From the IMG/VR virus record IMGVR_UViG_3300041405_000400: 64,000 nt of DNA; one strand, given 5' to 3'. This DNA comes from an uncultured virus (IMG/VR IMGVR_UViG_3300041405_000400). Its lineage: Duplodnaviria; Heunggongvirae; Uroviricota; Caudoviricetes. Shown piece by piece: positions 39,075 through 47,482 of this stretch. The position numbers were made by a program, and so were the translations under genes. How positions within the stretch are numbered: position 1 is the stretch's first letter; the number at the start of each line of letters is the position of its first letter. The notes under the pieces were generated by a model. That model did not search any database. It saw nothing but the letters and a program-made list of their open reading frames with translations, and had not been told where the DNA came from.

Positions 39075-40550
39075 TTAGACGATGACCGAAATGGTGCCTT
39101 TGTTCATGTCGATCCAAACGTCCATGTAGTCACGCAGCTCTACTGCCTTGTCCCACATGATGATAGGTACATCCAGCTCGCGTCCTACGGTCGCCATGTG
39201 CGCCAGCGGCCCGCCAGTGATGCAGATGATCGCGCAGCCGTGCTTGGCAGCTGAGCGCAGTGCTGCATCGAACTGGACACCGGCATGTGCAATGACGCCG
39301 ATCTGCCCTTTGTCCAGTTTTTCACCCGGCTCCAGGCGTTTTACCTTGCCACTGATCGAGGCCTTGCTGGATTTGCTGAGAACAGCGAATTCAAAATTCA
39401 TCAGCTCGCGGGCCAGCTTCTGGCGCAGAACGTAGGAGCTGTCGGAAACATCCTTTTGAGCCGCGTAGAAGTTTTCAGGATTGAAACCGGCACCGATTAC
39501 CCAGTCATTGTGATAGGCGTTGTCGTTCATCATTTTCATGCCTGGAGGGCTCACCCGAGTCCACTTAGGTGCCACGCCAAAGGCTTCGGCACGCACATCG
39601 CCCAGCGACCACAGCAAAAACGGCGCTTTAGGCACTTGCACGTAGCTGTCAGGCGTTGCGTCGTAGTGACGCGAAGATGCTTCTTTGAAAACTGGCAGGC
39701 GCATCCAGCCATCACCATCAATAGGGCCTGCTTGGGCGACAATTTTTGCTCGCAGCTCGGCTACGCCCTCTTCGTATTCTTTTGCCAGCAATTCATCACG
39801 AGCGGCATAATCGTCCCAGCACAGGCCACGGTCTTTTCGCAGAAAGGATTTGTAGCCTTCCGGGTTGTCGCGAATCATGTCCAGAATTTCGGTGTCGGCC
39901 CCGTTCACCTGAATGCGGCGATGCTCCACGTAATCGGCCAATGCCTTGGACTGGTCGTGATGCGGTGACATCCACACCGGGTAGTCATCGCACGGCGCCC
40001 ACAGGACGATCCACTCGGCTGGATTTTCTTCATCCCGCAGGTCAACACGCTGCGTGGTCGCCTTCAGGCTATTCGGCAGAGTAATGTGGTAAGGAATGCC
40101 ACTGGTGCCTGCGTAATACTTGGCGCGCCAATACAGGAATTCACGGGAGTCAGATGCAGAGCATTCCTCGCTGGCGAACTTGTGGTCTTCCACGCCGAGC
40201 GCTTCGATGCGCCATGATGGGCGATAAACTCGGCCTTCATGCTTGAGCAGGCCGCTGTACTGGAAGGCCAGGGTTTCGAGGTATCCGGCAACCGCATCGC
40301 TATTGATGTCGTCGTCCGCCAGAGTAACGCCTGCTTCGGAGCTGGAGTTGCCGACGAATTTCTTTTCACCCTTGAGAATGGCGTAAGCGATTTCGTGGGT
40401 GCAGCCACCGATATCCTCGATCATCAAGTTCAGCGCGCCGCGCCAGTCGTTGGACAGAACGCGGTGGCGCAAATGATCAGTCAGCCACTCGCCGCAAATC
40501 GAGAATGCTACAGACTTCATTTCAGTGCGTGCAGTAGTGGCTTTGCTCAT
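39075..40550 (-). CDS. large protein with C-terminal PEP-utilising swivelling His domain
   Basis: IICITGGPLAHMATVGRELDVPII; start MSKAT lies downstream of the promoter. Confidence 0.82.
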   Translation of the reverse strand: MSKATTARTEMKSVAFSICGEWLTDHLRHRVLSNDWRGALNLMIEDIGGCTHEIAYAILKGEKKFVGNSSSEAGVTLADDDINSDAVAGYLETLAFQYSGLLKHEGRVYRPSWRIEALGVEDHKFASEECSASDSREFLYWRAKYYAGTSGIPYHITLPNSLKATTQRVDLRDEENPAEWIVLWAPCDDYPVWMSPHHDQSKALADYVEHRRIQVNGADTEILDMIRDNPEGYKSFLRKDRGLCWDDYAARDELLAKEYEEGVAELRAKIVAQAGPIDGDGWMRLPVFKEASSRHYDATPDSYVQVPKAPFLLWSLGDVRAEAFGVAPKWTRVSPPGMKMMNDNAYHNDWVIGAGFNPENFYAAQKDVSDSSYVLRQKLARELMNFEFAVLSKSSKASISGKVKRLEPGEKLDKGQIGVIAHAGVQFDAALRSAAKHGCAIICITGGPLAHMATVGRELDVPIIMWDKAVELRDYMDVWIDMNKGTISVIV

Positions 40551-40583
40551 GTTCGAGATTCCGTGAATGTTTTTGATATGCCC

Positions 40584-40622
40584 ATGATAGCCATTCTTTT
40601 TACAATTGTCAATCACAATGAC
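40584..40622 (-). promoter_or_regulatory. sigma70 promoter with palindrome
   Basis: TTGACA-N17-TATCAT; GTCAATCACAATGAC at 40608-40622. Confidence 0.87.
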
Positions 40623-40638
40623 ACATGCGGCCAAAGAG

Positions 40639-41052
40639 TTAGGCTGCGGTGGCGATGAGTGGATTCGATACACTTTTGATCATTACAGCGCCATCCTCAG
40701 CTTCACCGAATAGCTCAAAGCCACAGGCTGTGTACCAATGGTTGATTGCGCTGCTGGGCAGTTCTGATTCAAGGCGTGTTGCAACTAGCATGAGCAATGT
40801 GGCGCCCTTGGCCATGGCGCCTGTAGCAAAGCCGTCGATCAATTTACGCCCGGCCCCACCGCCTCGCGCACGAGGCTCAATAAAGATGTTGTTGATGATT
40901 GCGATGGTTAGGTTCTGAGTCCTGGCCCACTCAATGAAGTGGTGGGCAGGAACAACGGGATCGAACAGATGGCTGAGGGCATTTTCTTCGTGGCTATGAA
41001 CAACTAGGCCAGAAATTTCGCCAAAGGATTGGCTGATGTCGAGAAAATGCAT
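40639..41052 (-). CDS. GNAT-family acetyltransferase
   Basis: IFIEPRARGGGAGRKLI (motif A); WYTACGF. Confidence 0.82.
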   Translation of the reverse strand: MHFLDISQSFGEISGLVVHSHEENALSHLFDPVVPAHHFIEWARTQNLTIAIINNIFIEPRARGGGAGRKLIDGFATGAMAKGATLLMLVATRLESELPSSAINHWYTACGFELFGEAEDGAVMIKSVSNPLIATAA

Positions 41053-41181
41053 GCGAGCCTCATTTGCTGGCGACAGCTAGCCCCTTCGAGCCAATTTGTC
41101 CCGTGATTTGTTTGTAGGCAATCGTCGTAGGTGCTGCCAAAACGATGGTGGCCACCAAGACATATCCAGCTATTTTTATAA

Positions 41182-41415
41182 TCATCCCAGTGCCTCCTTG
41201 GCCAGTGTCAGGGCAGTAGTTTCGTCAGCTGTAGGGCCGTTTGCATCCAGGGCAATCCAGTCTTTAAGCATGTCGCAAGCTTCGATCAGAAGCCCACGGT
41301 TGGTCTTGGTATCCATGTCGCCGAGGATTAGCTCGGTGGCATGAACAGGAGCGCCAGCATCGACCCAGCGTTTTTCAAGAGCGTTTTTGATGTGTTGGCT
41401 GGCTGAATCGAGCAT
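41182..41415 (-). CDS. hypothetical protein
   Basis: GAGGA RBS; first gene after the promoter. Confidence 0.65.
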   Translation of the reverse strand: MLDSASQHIKNALEKRWVDAGAPVHATELILGDMDTKTNRGLLIEACDMLKDWIALDANGPTADETTALTLAKEALG

Positions 41416-41475
41416 GGAAATTCCTCGGTATGCATGGCTATTTCAGGCCATTTAAATCATGAGTATTAGTTTGAT

Positions 41476-41514
41476 AGTGTAGCATCGAAGTGACTAATTG
41501 TCAATTTGAATGAC
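41476..41514 (-). promoter_or_regulatory. sigma70 promoter with palindrome
   Basis: TTGACA-N17-TACACT; GTCAATTTGAATGAC at 41500-41514. Confidence 0.82.
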
Positions 41515-41653
41515 CAAAAACACTTAATTAATGTCATTTGACGATTTTTGTAATGGCTGGTCGATCAAAACCCTTTAGGGAGCGTCTTGATGACAGTTTT
41601 GGTGGGGTTGTCGGCGTGAATGGTTGATTGATCCCTTGCTGAAGCGGGGGAGA

Positions 41654-42070
41654 TCAGTCGTCATCATCCTCATCTTCAAAAACACTCACTGAAGCGAAGC
41701 CGCCCTGCCCTTGCATCACATCGACCCGCAGGCCGCGCTTAAGCATGGAGACATCGTAATAGCCGCCCAGGTCTTCGTCTTCGGAGAATGGGCTGCCATC
41801 ATCGCCAAACTCATATTCCTCATCGCCGAGGTCATAATCTTGGAGGCACTGAAGCAGCAGAATCATGTGCGCATGAGTTACGCCCATCCAGTCGAAGCGC
41901 TCGATGAGCACTTCGGGCTGGTACATGATCTCCAGGCTTGTGAAGCCTTTCTTGGAGCGAAGAATGTCTTCGATCATTCTCAGGCAAACATCATCATCCC
42001 AAAATGAACTGATTTGCTGATGACGTTGCAACAGCTCTTCGAAGAAGACATCCAGGCTGTCCCGCATCAT
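41654..42070 (-). CDS. acidic hypothetical protein, paralogue family B
   Basis: CLRMIEDI..FDW..KRGLRVDVMQGQGG. Confidence 0.78.
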   Translation of the reverse strand: MMRDSLDVFFEELLQRHQQISSFWDDDVCLRMIEDILRSKKGFTSLEIMYQPEVLIERFDWMGVTHAHMILLLQCLQDYDLGDEEYEFGDDGSPFSEDEDLGGYYDVSMLKRGLRVDVMQGQGGFASVSVFEDEDDDD

Positions 42071-42573
42071 TTTTCCTTAACCAATGCCAACTCTTCAGCC
42101 GTTGCGGGGCGAATGAAGTACACGGTGCCTTGGCCACTGAGCGAGTTGATATGCAGCCCTCGCTTGATGCAAGACCATTCGGAGCAGTCGTCCTCTTCGC
42201 CTTCCTCAAGCTCACGCTCCAGATGGTGCTCTATCGCAGTTACCTCGCCATCGGTCATGGTGTCGATGAACAGTTGTATGACCTCTTTCGGAAGATCTTG
42301 CCATCCGAAGCGCGCTTGGGTTTGCTTGAGGACGTAGGCAAACTCAGAATCAAGACCTGCCTGAACACGCATGATGTCACTGATCATTCGCTCGCACAGT
42401 GGAGAGCTTGCGAACTCGATACGATCATGTATCTGTGCGTTTCTGACTAGACGCATGTTCTCCAAAATAGCGCTGGCAGGAGACGACACAGCACGAGTGT
42501 GCTGTGCCACTGCAAGACCGTTGGCTCCCACCTGCTCTGCCGTCAGATTTGAAAAATCGGGTTTCAAAGTCAT
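42067..42573 (-). CDS. hypothetical protein, paralogue family B
   Basis: CERMISDI..FGWQDL..KRGLHINSLSGQGT. Confidence 0.8.
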   Translation of the reverse strand: MTLKPDFSNLTAEQVGANGLAVAQHTRAVSSPASAILENMRLVRNAQIHDRIEFASSPLCERMISDIMRVQAGLDSEFAYVLKQTQARFGWQDLPKEVIQLFIDTMTDGEVTAIEHHLERELEEGEEDDCSEWSCIKRGLHINSLSGQGTVYFIRPATAEELALVKEK

Positions 42574-42605
42574 GCCAAATATTCCTTATTTAATGGCAAG
42601 ATCAT

Positions 42606-42644
42606 ATCATATCAGAACAAGACATCAGTGTCAATACTATTGAC
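42606..42644 (-). promoter_or_regulatory. sigma70 promoter with palindrome
   Basis: TTGACA-N17-TATGAT; GTCAATACTATTGAC at 42630-42644. Confidence 0.88.
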
Positions 42645-43567
42645 TATGCGCTGATGAAAAGCAGTTCTCCGCAATCCGGACGACCGTTCCTATCCTTCAG
42701 GTTTTCATGGGCTTCATTCTCATCATGAAACGGGCCGAGCGTATTCACGTGTGCCCGCTTTGTAATGCAATCAAGGCTATGCACGGTTATTCCAGGGAGT
42801 GTCCTGATGACGACGTATTTTGGCGACTCTGTAGCTTTGTGGGTTTTTTCAAGGAATGTGGTTTCGTCAATATGACGGTGCTTGTATTCCCTTTGCTCCT
42901 TTCTTTCCAGTTCAACGATCACTCCCTCAGGAAACGCCTCGACAAGTGAATGCGCCTCCTTGGAAAATCCGAGAATCTTGAAGGTTTTGCCATCAGATCC
43001 AATTGCCGCGTACTCGGCGATCTGACTAGAGTCAGGAATATAAGGATTGCGCGAGCTGATGTCGCACGGGCTGGTGGTAACGGGGGTGTTCGAAACCTCC
43101 GTTGGCATTTTTGATGCTTCAAGATGCTCATCACTCAACACATCGGTGTTTACGCCATAGTAATCGTTGGCCAAGCGCTCCATGTCATGGTGTGTTTTTT
43201 CTACAAGGCCGATATTTTTGGCCTGGAGCCATTCAAGAAATTTGAGCACACTCCCTCGGCCAGCGGCTTCTGCAACCACCAATTTAGCGATTTCAGGAAA
43301 GCGTGGTTCGCAGGTCATGAAATCAAGGACGGGTTCGATTTGAATAACATGATACGGCATGCGGTTTCTTTTGCGATCTTCCCAAGAGGGCTCTTTATGA
43401 CGGCGCCAGTCTATATCGCCTGCTCGACCTTCAATTGTCTTGTCGGCCCAGCGCACCTTTACGTGCTCATCAAAGGGAACAGGGCATACGCCATCCTGAT
43501 GACGATAGGGGTGGATTGTCCAAACGAGTGGTTCGCCAGTAATAAGCTTGAAGGTATCGTGATTCAT
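42644..43567 (-). CDS. hypothetical protein
   Basis: 307-aa ORF. Confidence 0.75.
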   Translation of the reverse strand: MNHDTFKLITGEPLVWTIHPYRHQDGVCPVPFDEHVKVRWADKTIEGRAGDIDWRRHKEPSWEDRKRNRMPYHVIQIEPVLDFMTCEPRFPEIAKLVVAEAAGRGSVLKFLEWLQAKNIGLVEKTHHDMERLANDYYGVNTDVLSDEHLEASKMPTEVSNTPVTTSPCDISSRNPYIPDSSQIAEYAAIGSDGKTFKILGFSKEAHSLVEAFPEGVIVELERKEQREYKHRHIDETTFLEKTHKATESPKYVVIRTLPGITVHSLDCITKRAHVNTLGPFHDENEAHENLKDRNGRPDCGELLFISA

Positions 43568-43814
43568 CTAGGAGTCCTGATGGGTTTTTGGAGTCATTTC
43601 CAGACAACTGAAGGTCTTTATTCAAATAATGGCAAGTACATAACAAAAACAATGAGTTAATCGCATTTCGTCGGCAATATCTCGACGCTTAATTCTCAGA
43701 TATCATACAATCGAATTACATTACGTCAAGCTTTCAGGAAGGATTTATCTAATATTATTTGCCAGTCACTACACGTTTAGTGATAGTATTTCCTAAAAAA
43801 ATGGAAGCGAAATC

Positions 43815-44417
43815 GTGTTAGTTCAAATTGTGCGAAACCTGTTTACCAAGAAGGCGTCAGGAGTCGAGTCGATCTGTGAGGTCTGCGAGAAATCCTGTAA
43901 CGCGGCCCAGCTTGAACCATTGTCTCTGACACTGAGTCGGGCTTCTTCCTGCTTGGCATGCCCTGACTGCTCAGAGCGCTACGCCAACCCTTACAACGGC
44001 GCCGCTATATTCGTGGTCGAGTTTTTGTCGATGAGTGATGTTAAGGAGCTGCATGAGCAGGAGCTTGATATGAAATTGCTGATCGGAAACAACCCGTTTT
44101 TTGAGAAAATGCTTGCTCGCTCGCAAGTCTTCGACGGAAATGGCTACGTTTCCGCAAAATCCCTGGTGATCAACAAAACAACCGAGCTGATCGCGCATTA
44201 CGTGAGCGGATACGAAGATCGAATGACTATCTCGCACATTGAGGGGCGGTCTATTGCATCCAAGGTTGCCATCGGACAGCTAGATCTGCAAAATCTGATG
44301 GATGCGAACAAATTCAGCCGCATTGACTCGGGAAAGTTCTCTTTTTATTTTGACAGCAACAATAGTAGTGATTTATCGGGTCATAAATTGAGGGCAGTAG
44401 AAAGACGCTCGGAGTAA
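43815..44417 (+). CDS. hypothetical protein with CxxC..CxxC-like motifs
   Basis: CEVC...CPDC. Confidence 0.7.
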   Translation: MLVQIVRNLFTKKASGVESICEVCEKSCNAAQLEPLSLTLSRASSCLACPDCSERYANPYNGAAIFVVEFLSMSDVKELHEQELDMKLLIGNNPFFEKMLARSQVFDGNGYVSAKSLVINKTTELIAHYVSGYEDRMTISHIEGRSIASKVAIGQLDLQNLMDANKFSRIDSGKFSFYFDSNNSSDLSGHKLRAVERRSE

Positions 44418-44458
44418 ACAACTTACCGGCACCGCCGTGCAGTGCCGGATATGTTTGC

Positions 44459-45073
44459 TTATTTTTCCAATTGGGCCAGTGCGGCGACTGCGGCCCGCAG
44501 AGTGGTTTGGTACTTCTTCCCTTCTCGAATGGACTCCATGATGTCGCCCATTGCCCGGTGGCTGGTGCCTTTTTCGGTCGCGAACTGTGGTGAGACTGTC
44601 AGCAAAAACTCGTTGACCGATGACATGTCCATGTTGCGGTAGTGAATGAAGTCACTCAGCGCTGGCATTTTGATTTCGATGAAAACCCGATCCAGGTACA
44701 CCGAGTTCCCGCACAGGCGCGCTTCCCACCCATTCACACCATTTTCTTTGAAGAACGCCAGTATCTGAGCTTCGGCCTCCTTCAGGGAAAGACTGGATTT
44801 TTCGCATTCCGCGAACAAGCCGTTGTCGGTGTGCATCTTGATTACTACATCATCCGAGACAGGCAGGTAGTCTTCGGGCTGGTAGTGAATCACGACGTTC
44901 AGGCTAGCGAAGGGATTGAGATCACTGTCAGTCAGAACAATCGCCATTTCCAGCAGGCAATGCTTGTAGGCCATTTGTTCGGAAAGCTTCGTAAACCCGG
45001 TTGTCTCTACGTCGATCCAAGCATACTTTCGGCTTTCAAGGCTGCTGTCCCACTGTTGTTTTCCACCGGCCAC
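44459..45073 (-). CDS. orn: oligoribonuclease (DEDDh exonuclease)
   Basis: WIDVETTG, MHTDNGL, CGNSVYLDRVF, HYRNMDMSS, HRAMGDIMESI. Confidence 0.93.
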   Translation of the reverse strand: MAGGKQQWDSSLESRKYAWIDVETTGFTKLSEQMAYKHCLLEMAIVLTDSDLNPFASLNVVIHYQPEDYLPVSDDVVIKMHTDNGLFAECEKSSLSLKEAEAQILAFFKENGVNGWEARLCGNSVYLDRVFIEIKMPALSDFIHYRNMDMSSVNEFLLTVSPQFATEKGTSHRAMGDIMESIREGKKYQTTLRAAVAALAQLEK

Positions 45074-45106
45074 AAGGCACCTATTAGATTAATTTAACAA
45101 GTCGTC

Positions 45107-45145
45107 ATTATAGGGCTCAGTCGTATATGCGTCAACCATAATGAC
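45107..45145 (-). promoter_or_regulatory. orn promoter with palindrome
   Basis: TTGACG-N17-TATAAT; GTCAACCATAATGAC at 45131-45145. Confidence 0.85.
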
Positions 45146-45158
45146 ATATATAATGGGA

Positions 45159-45187
45159 TTGACAGGAGAGCATTTCATCGTTAATAT
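45159..45187 (+). promoter_or_regulatory. sigma70 promoter of ncRNA-1
   Basis: TTGACA-N17-TAATAT. Confidence 0.78.
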
Positions 45188-45193
45188 TTACTC

Positions 45194-45414
45194 AACGGCG
45201 CCGCTCCAACGGCTAGTGCTTCAGGGCATGACATCAAGCAGAGTGGAATCTGCACCTGGGGGTTCTAACATTCCCCGCAATGTTGGCGTGTGGCAAACGT
45301 TAGATCAGGCATGAAGAGCTGGCGAGCCCGGAAATGGGCGTTTGAGCCAATAGCAATTGCTTGCACTTGATGTACATGTATCGGCTACAGATTAACCGCT
45401 TCGGCGGTTTTTTT
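45194..45414 (+). ncRNA. structured ncRNA-1 (~220 nt), family unknown
   Basis: Own promoter and terminator; no ORF; helix ACATCAAG/CTTGATGT encloses several hairpins; homologous to the 3' domain of ncRNA-2. Confidence 0.75.
45394..45414 (+). terminator. terminator of ncRNA-1
   Basis: AACCGC-TTCG-GCGGTT-TTTTT. Confidence 0.88.
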
Positions 45415-45430
45415 GTTTTTGCAAACAGTG

Positions 45431-45459
45431 TTGACAACTTAAAAAAGCGTCGTTATAAT
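45431..45459 (+). promoter_or_regulatory. consensus sigma70 promoter of ncRNA-2
   Basis: TTGACA-N17-TATAAT. Confidence 0.9.
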
Positions 45460-45465
45460 TCGCTG

Positions 45466-45843
45466 TGTTGAGAGTGGAGCATAATTAGCGATGCCGTCCG
45501 TTATTGGAGGACGTTAAAGGCTATGTCTTCGGACTTACACCGCCATCAGCCGACTTGCGACCGGCCCCCTCAAACGATTTTAAGAGTGATTGCGGCATCC
45601 CTGGCGGGCTCCTCGCGGTCATTCTTTTTTAAACGTGCCGACTCTCATCGGCTAGTGCCTCCGTGCATGACGAGAAACAGGAGAGACACCTGTAGCGGAA
45701 CGGCCAACGCGGACCAGTTGGCGGGTGGCAGCGTCAGTCCCAGCTATGCGAGCTTTAAATGGCGTCTGAGCATAGTAACAAGGATAGCTCGACTGGTTAC
45801 CGCAAGTAACTAAAGGGCCGCATATTCGTATGCGGCCTTTTTT
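45466..45843 (+). ncRNA. structured ncRNA-2 (~380 nt), family unknown
   Basis: Own promoter and terminator; nested helices TGAGAGT/ACTCTCA, GGAGC/GCTCC, GATGCCG/CGGCATC; UUCG hairpin; 3' domain homologous to ncRNA-1. Confidence 0.75.
45812..45843 (+). terminator. terminator of ncRNA-2
   Basis: AAAGGGCCGCATA-TTCG-TATGCGGCCTTT-TTT. Confidence 0.9.
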
Positions 45844-46103
45844 ATTGCTTGGAATTAACAAGCTCAGTGTCGGTGGGCAGATTAACTGTCGTATCGGCGC
45901 CAGGGCTTTAAAAGCCGACCGCTTTGGTGTTTTTGGCAGGGAGGAAGCGACATTTTATAAGATTTATGTTCGACACGAATTCCACCCAAACACAAGGATT
46001 TAAGTGGTCTTCTAATGAGCCCATCGTCACAATGGCCTAATCATGGAGTCTTGCGCGGCTAGTCGTCTAAGTGAACTAATAAAACTCGAAGACTTCGATC
46101 ATT

Positions 46104-46340
46104 TCACGCCGGAAACGAAACGCCGCTTGTGCAATCCATTGGTGCGGTAATTGGACTGTCGGAAAACTCGGTAAATTGACAAATCAGGGGATTCCAGCCG
46201 CTGTATCCATTATCCATCACATAAACGGCGCCATCCCAAATCTGGACATGAGTCACCACCAATCCCAGGCGTGAATGAATAGCCCAATACCAACCGGCTT
46301 TGGTTGGCGCATCTTTAGTCATTTTCATTTTCATTTCCAT
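46104..46340 (-). CDS. small phage-type hypothetical protein
   Basis: PTKAGWYW motif; GAGG RBS. Confidence 0.65.
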   Translation of the reverse strand: MEMKMKMTKDAPTKAGWYWAIHSRLGLVVTHVQIWDGAVYVMDNGYSGWNPLICQFTEFSDSPITAPMDCTSGVSFPA

Positions 46341-46453
46341 TTTTTCGCCTCTTGCGTGAATTTATTGACTTTGGAAAGGGAGATATCTTCCCACAGCAAC
46401 GTAGTCAGTGGGATTTTGATGTGCCTTATGGCACTTAATACGCTCATCGACAC

Positions 46454-46795
46454 TCAGCTGGACTCAGTGTCGGCAGTCTTCAGTAGTCGTTTCAAACGAC
46501 TAATTTCATTGTCGTTTTTCATGATCCTGTTGTGATACGCAGTCCAGTAGGACTTTGTGCTATCGCCAGGGTAAAACATCTTCGACCACGTATGAGCGCG
46601 AAGGTGAAACGTTTTTGCCCCCTCCGATGTGTTCAAATAGCTGGCGCAATGCACCATATCATGCGCACACCGCCTTCCTGATTTAACAGCCACCTCCAGC
46701 AGATCCCTCAGCCCGTTAGCGGTCAGCTTTTGCGGAAAGCGACTGAAGATAATCGCAAGGCGTACTTTTGTGATAAGCGTAGTTATTGAATTCAT
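46454..46795 (-). CDS. hypothetical protein (probable paralogue of 46811..47158)
   Basis: GAGGA RBS; CA...H...F...A..W pattern and C-terminal EI.RL coil. Confidence 0.68.
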   Translation of the reverse strand: MNSITTLITKVRLAIIFSRFPQKLTANGLRDLLEVAVKSGRRCAHDMVHCASYLNTSEGAKTFHLRAHTWSKMFYPGDSTKSYWTAYHNRIMKNDNEISRLKRLLKTADTESS

Positions 46796-46810
46796 ATCTT
46801 ATTCCTCGTT

Positions 46811-47158
46811 CTAGAACGGAATTTCTTCAGGATCAGCTGCATCCAATCCACGTGCTTCGCACATCTCACGAAGCTTGGCAATTTCACGCTCTTGTTCCTC
46901 AGCGATTCCCGTCAATTCATCGCAGTAAGCTACGAGTCCTCTGACTGACGCCGTTGCATCAAACCATTCTTCGGCATTATTGCTGAACGCTGATTTAATG
47001 TGAGGCTCATCAATGTGGGGAATTGCGTGTTGAAACTCCTTGGCGCAGGCATTCGCCGAGGAAAGGTAGGAGAGGAGCAACCCACCACTGGCCACATTCA
47101 ATTCATCCAGGTGCTGAAAGCTCCTGATGAATTGGTAAAACCTTTTGAATGGATTCAT
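46811..47158 (-). CDS. hypothetical protein
   Basis: AAGGA RBS; ends in EEIPF. Confidence 0.7.
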   Translation of the reverse strand: MNPFKRFYQFIRSFQHLDELNVASGGLLLSYLSSANACAKEFQHAIPHIDEPHIKSAFSNNAEEWFDATASVRGLVAYCDELTGIAEEQEREIAKLREMCEARGLDAADPEEIPF

Positions 47159-47482
47159 ATTGATTCCTTCACCTTTGATTAAATACGGTGTTTATCAACA
47201 ATTAGCAAATGTTGTATTATCGACATGATCACACACTATTAAGGAATGAAAATGAAACTAACTGATCATGAAATTAACAATGCTTATCTTACTTCTATCA
47301 AGGCTGCCCTTAAGTCAGAGCCTGATTTTTGGTACGTCTATACACCCGGCATAGGTATGCAACAAGTGGACAAAGCAGGTCGTGATGCTTACATCCAGGC
47401 TCGCATGGCCAACAGGGTACAATGATTGCTCGATGAGTAATAAGGAGGGCCTGCACCCTCCTTCTCTTTTTTGCCGACAACT

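Noticed and set aside
45666..45680. Hammerhead-like core (AUGACGAG..GAAAC)
   Set aside because: Lacks the invariant CUGA, and there is no stem II between the elements.
45466..45843. ncRNA-2 as tmRNA or RNase P RNA (similar size)
   Set aside because: No GGGG..CCA tRNA-like ends or T-arm, and no GAGGAAAGUCC P4 motif.
45523..45861. ORFs 45523..45813 (+) and 45652..45861 (-)
   Set aside because: Non-protein-like composition, and their similarity to ncRNA-1 includes frame-breaking indels; better explained as RNA structure.
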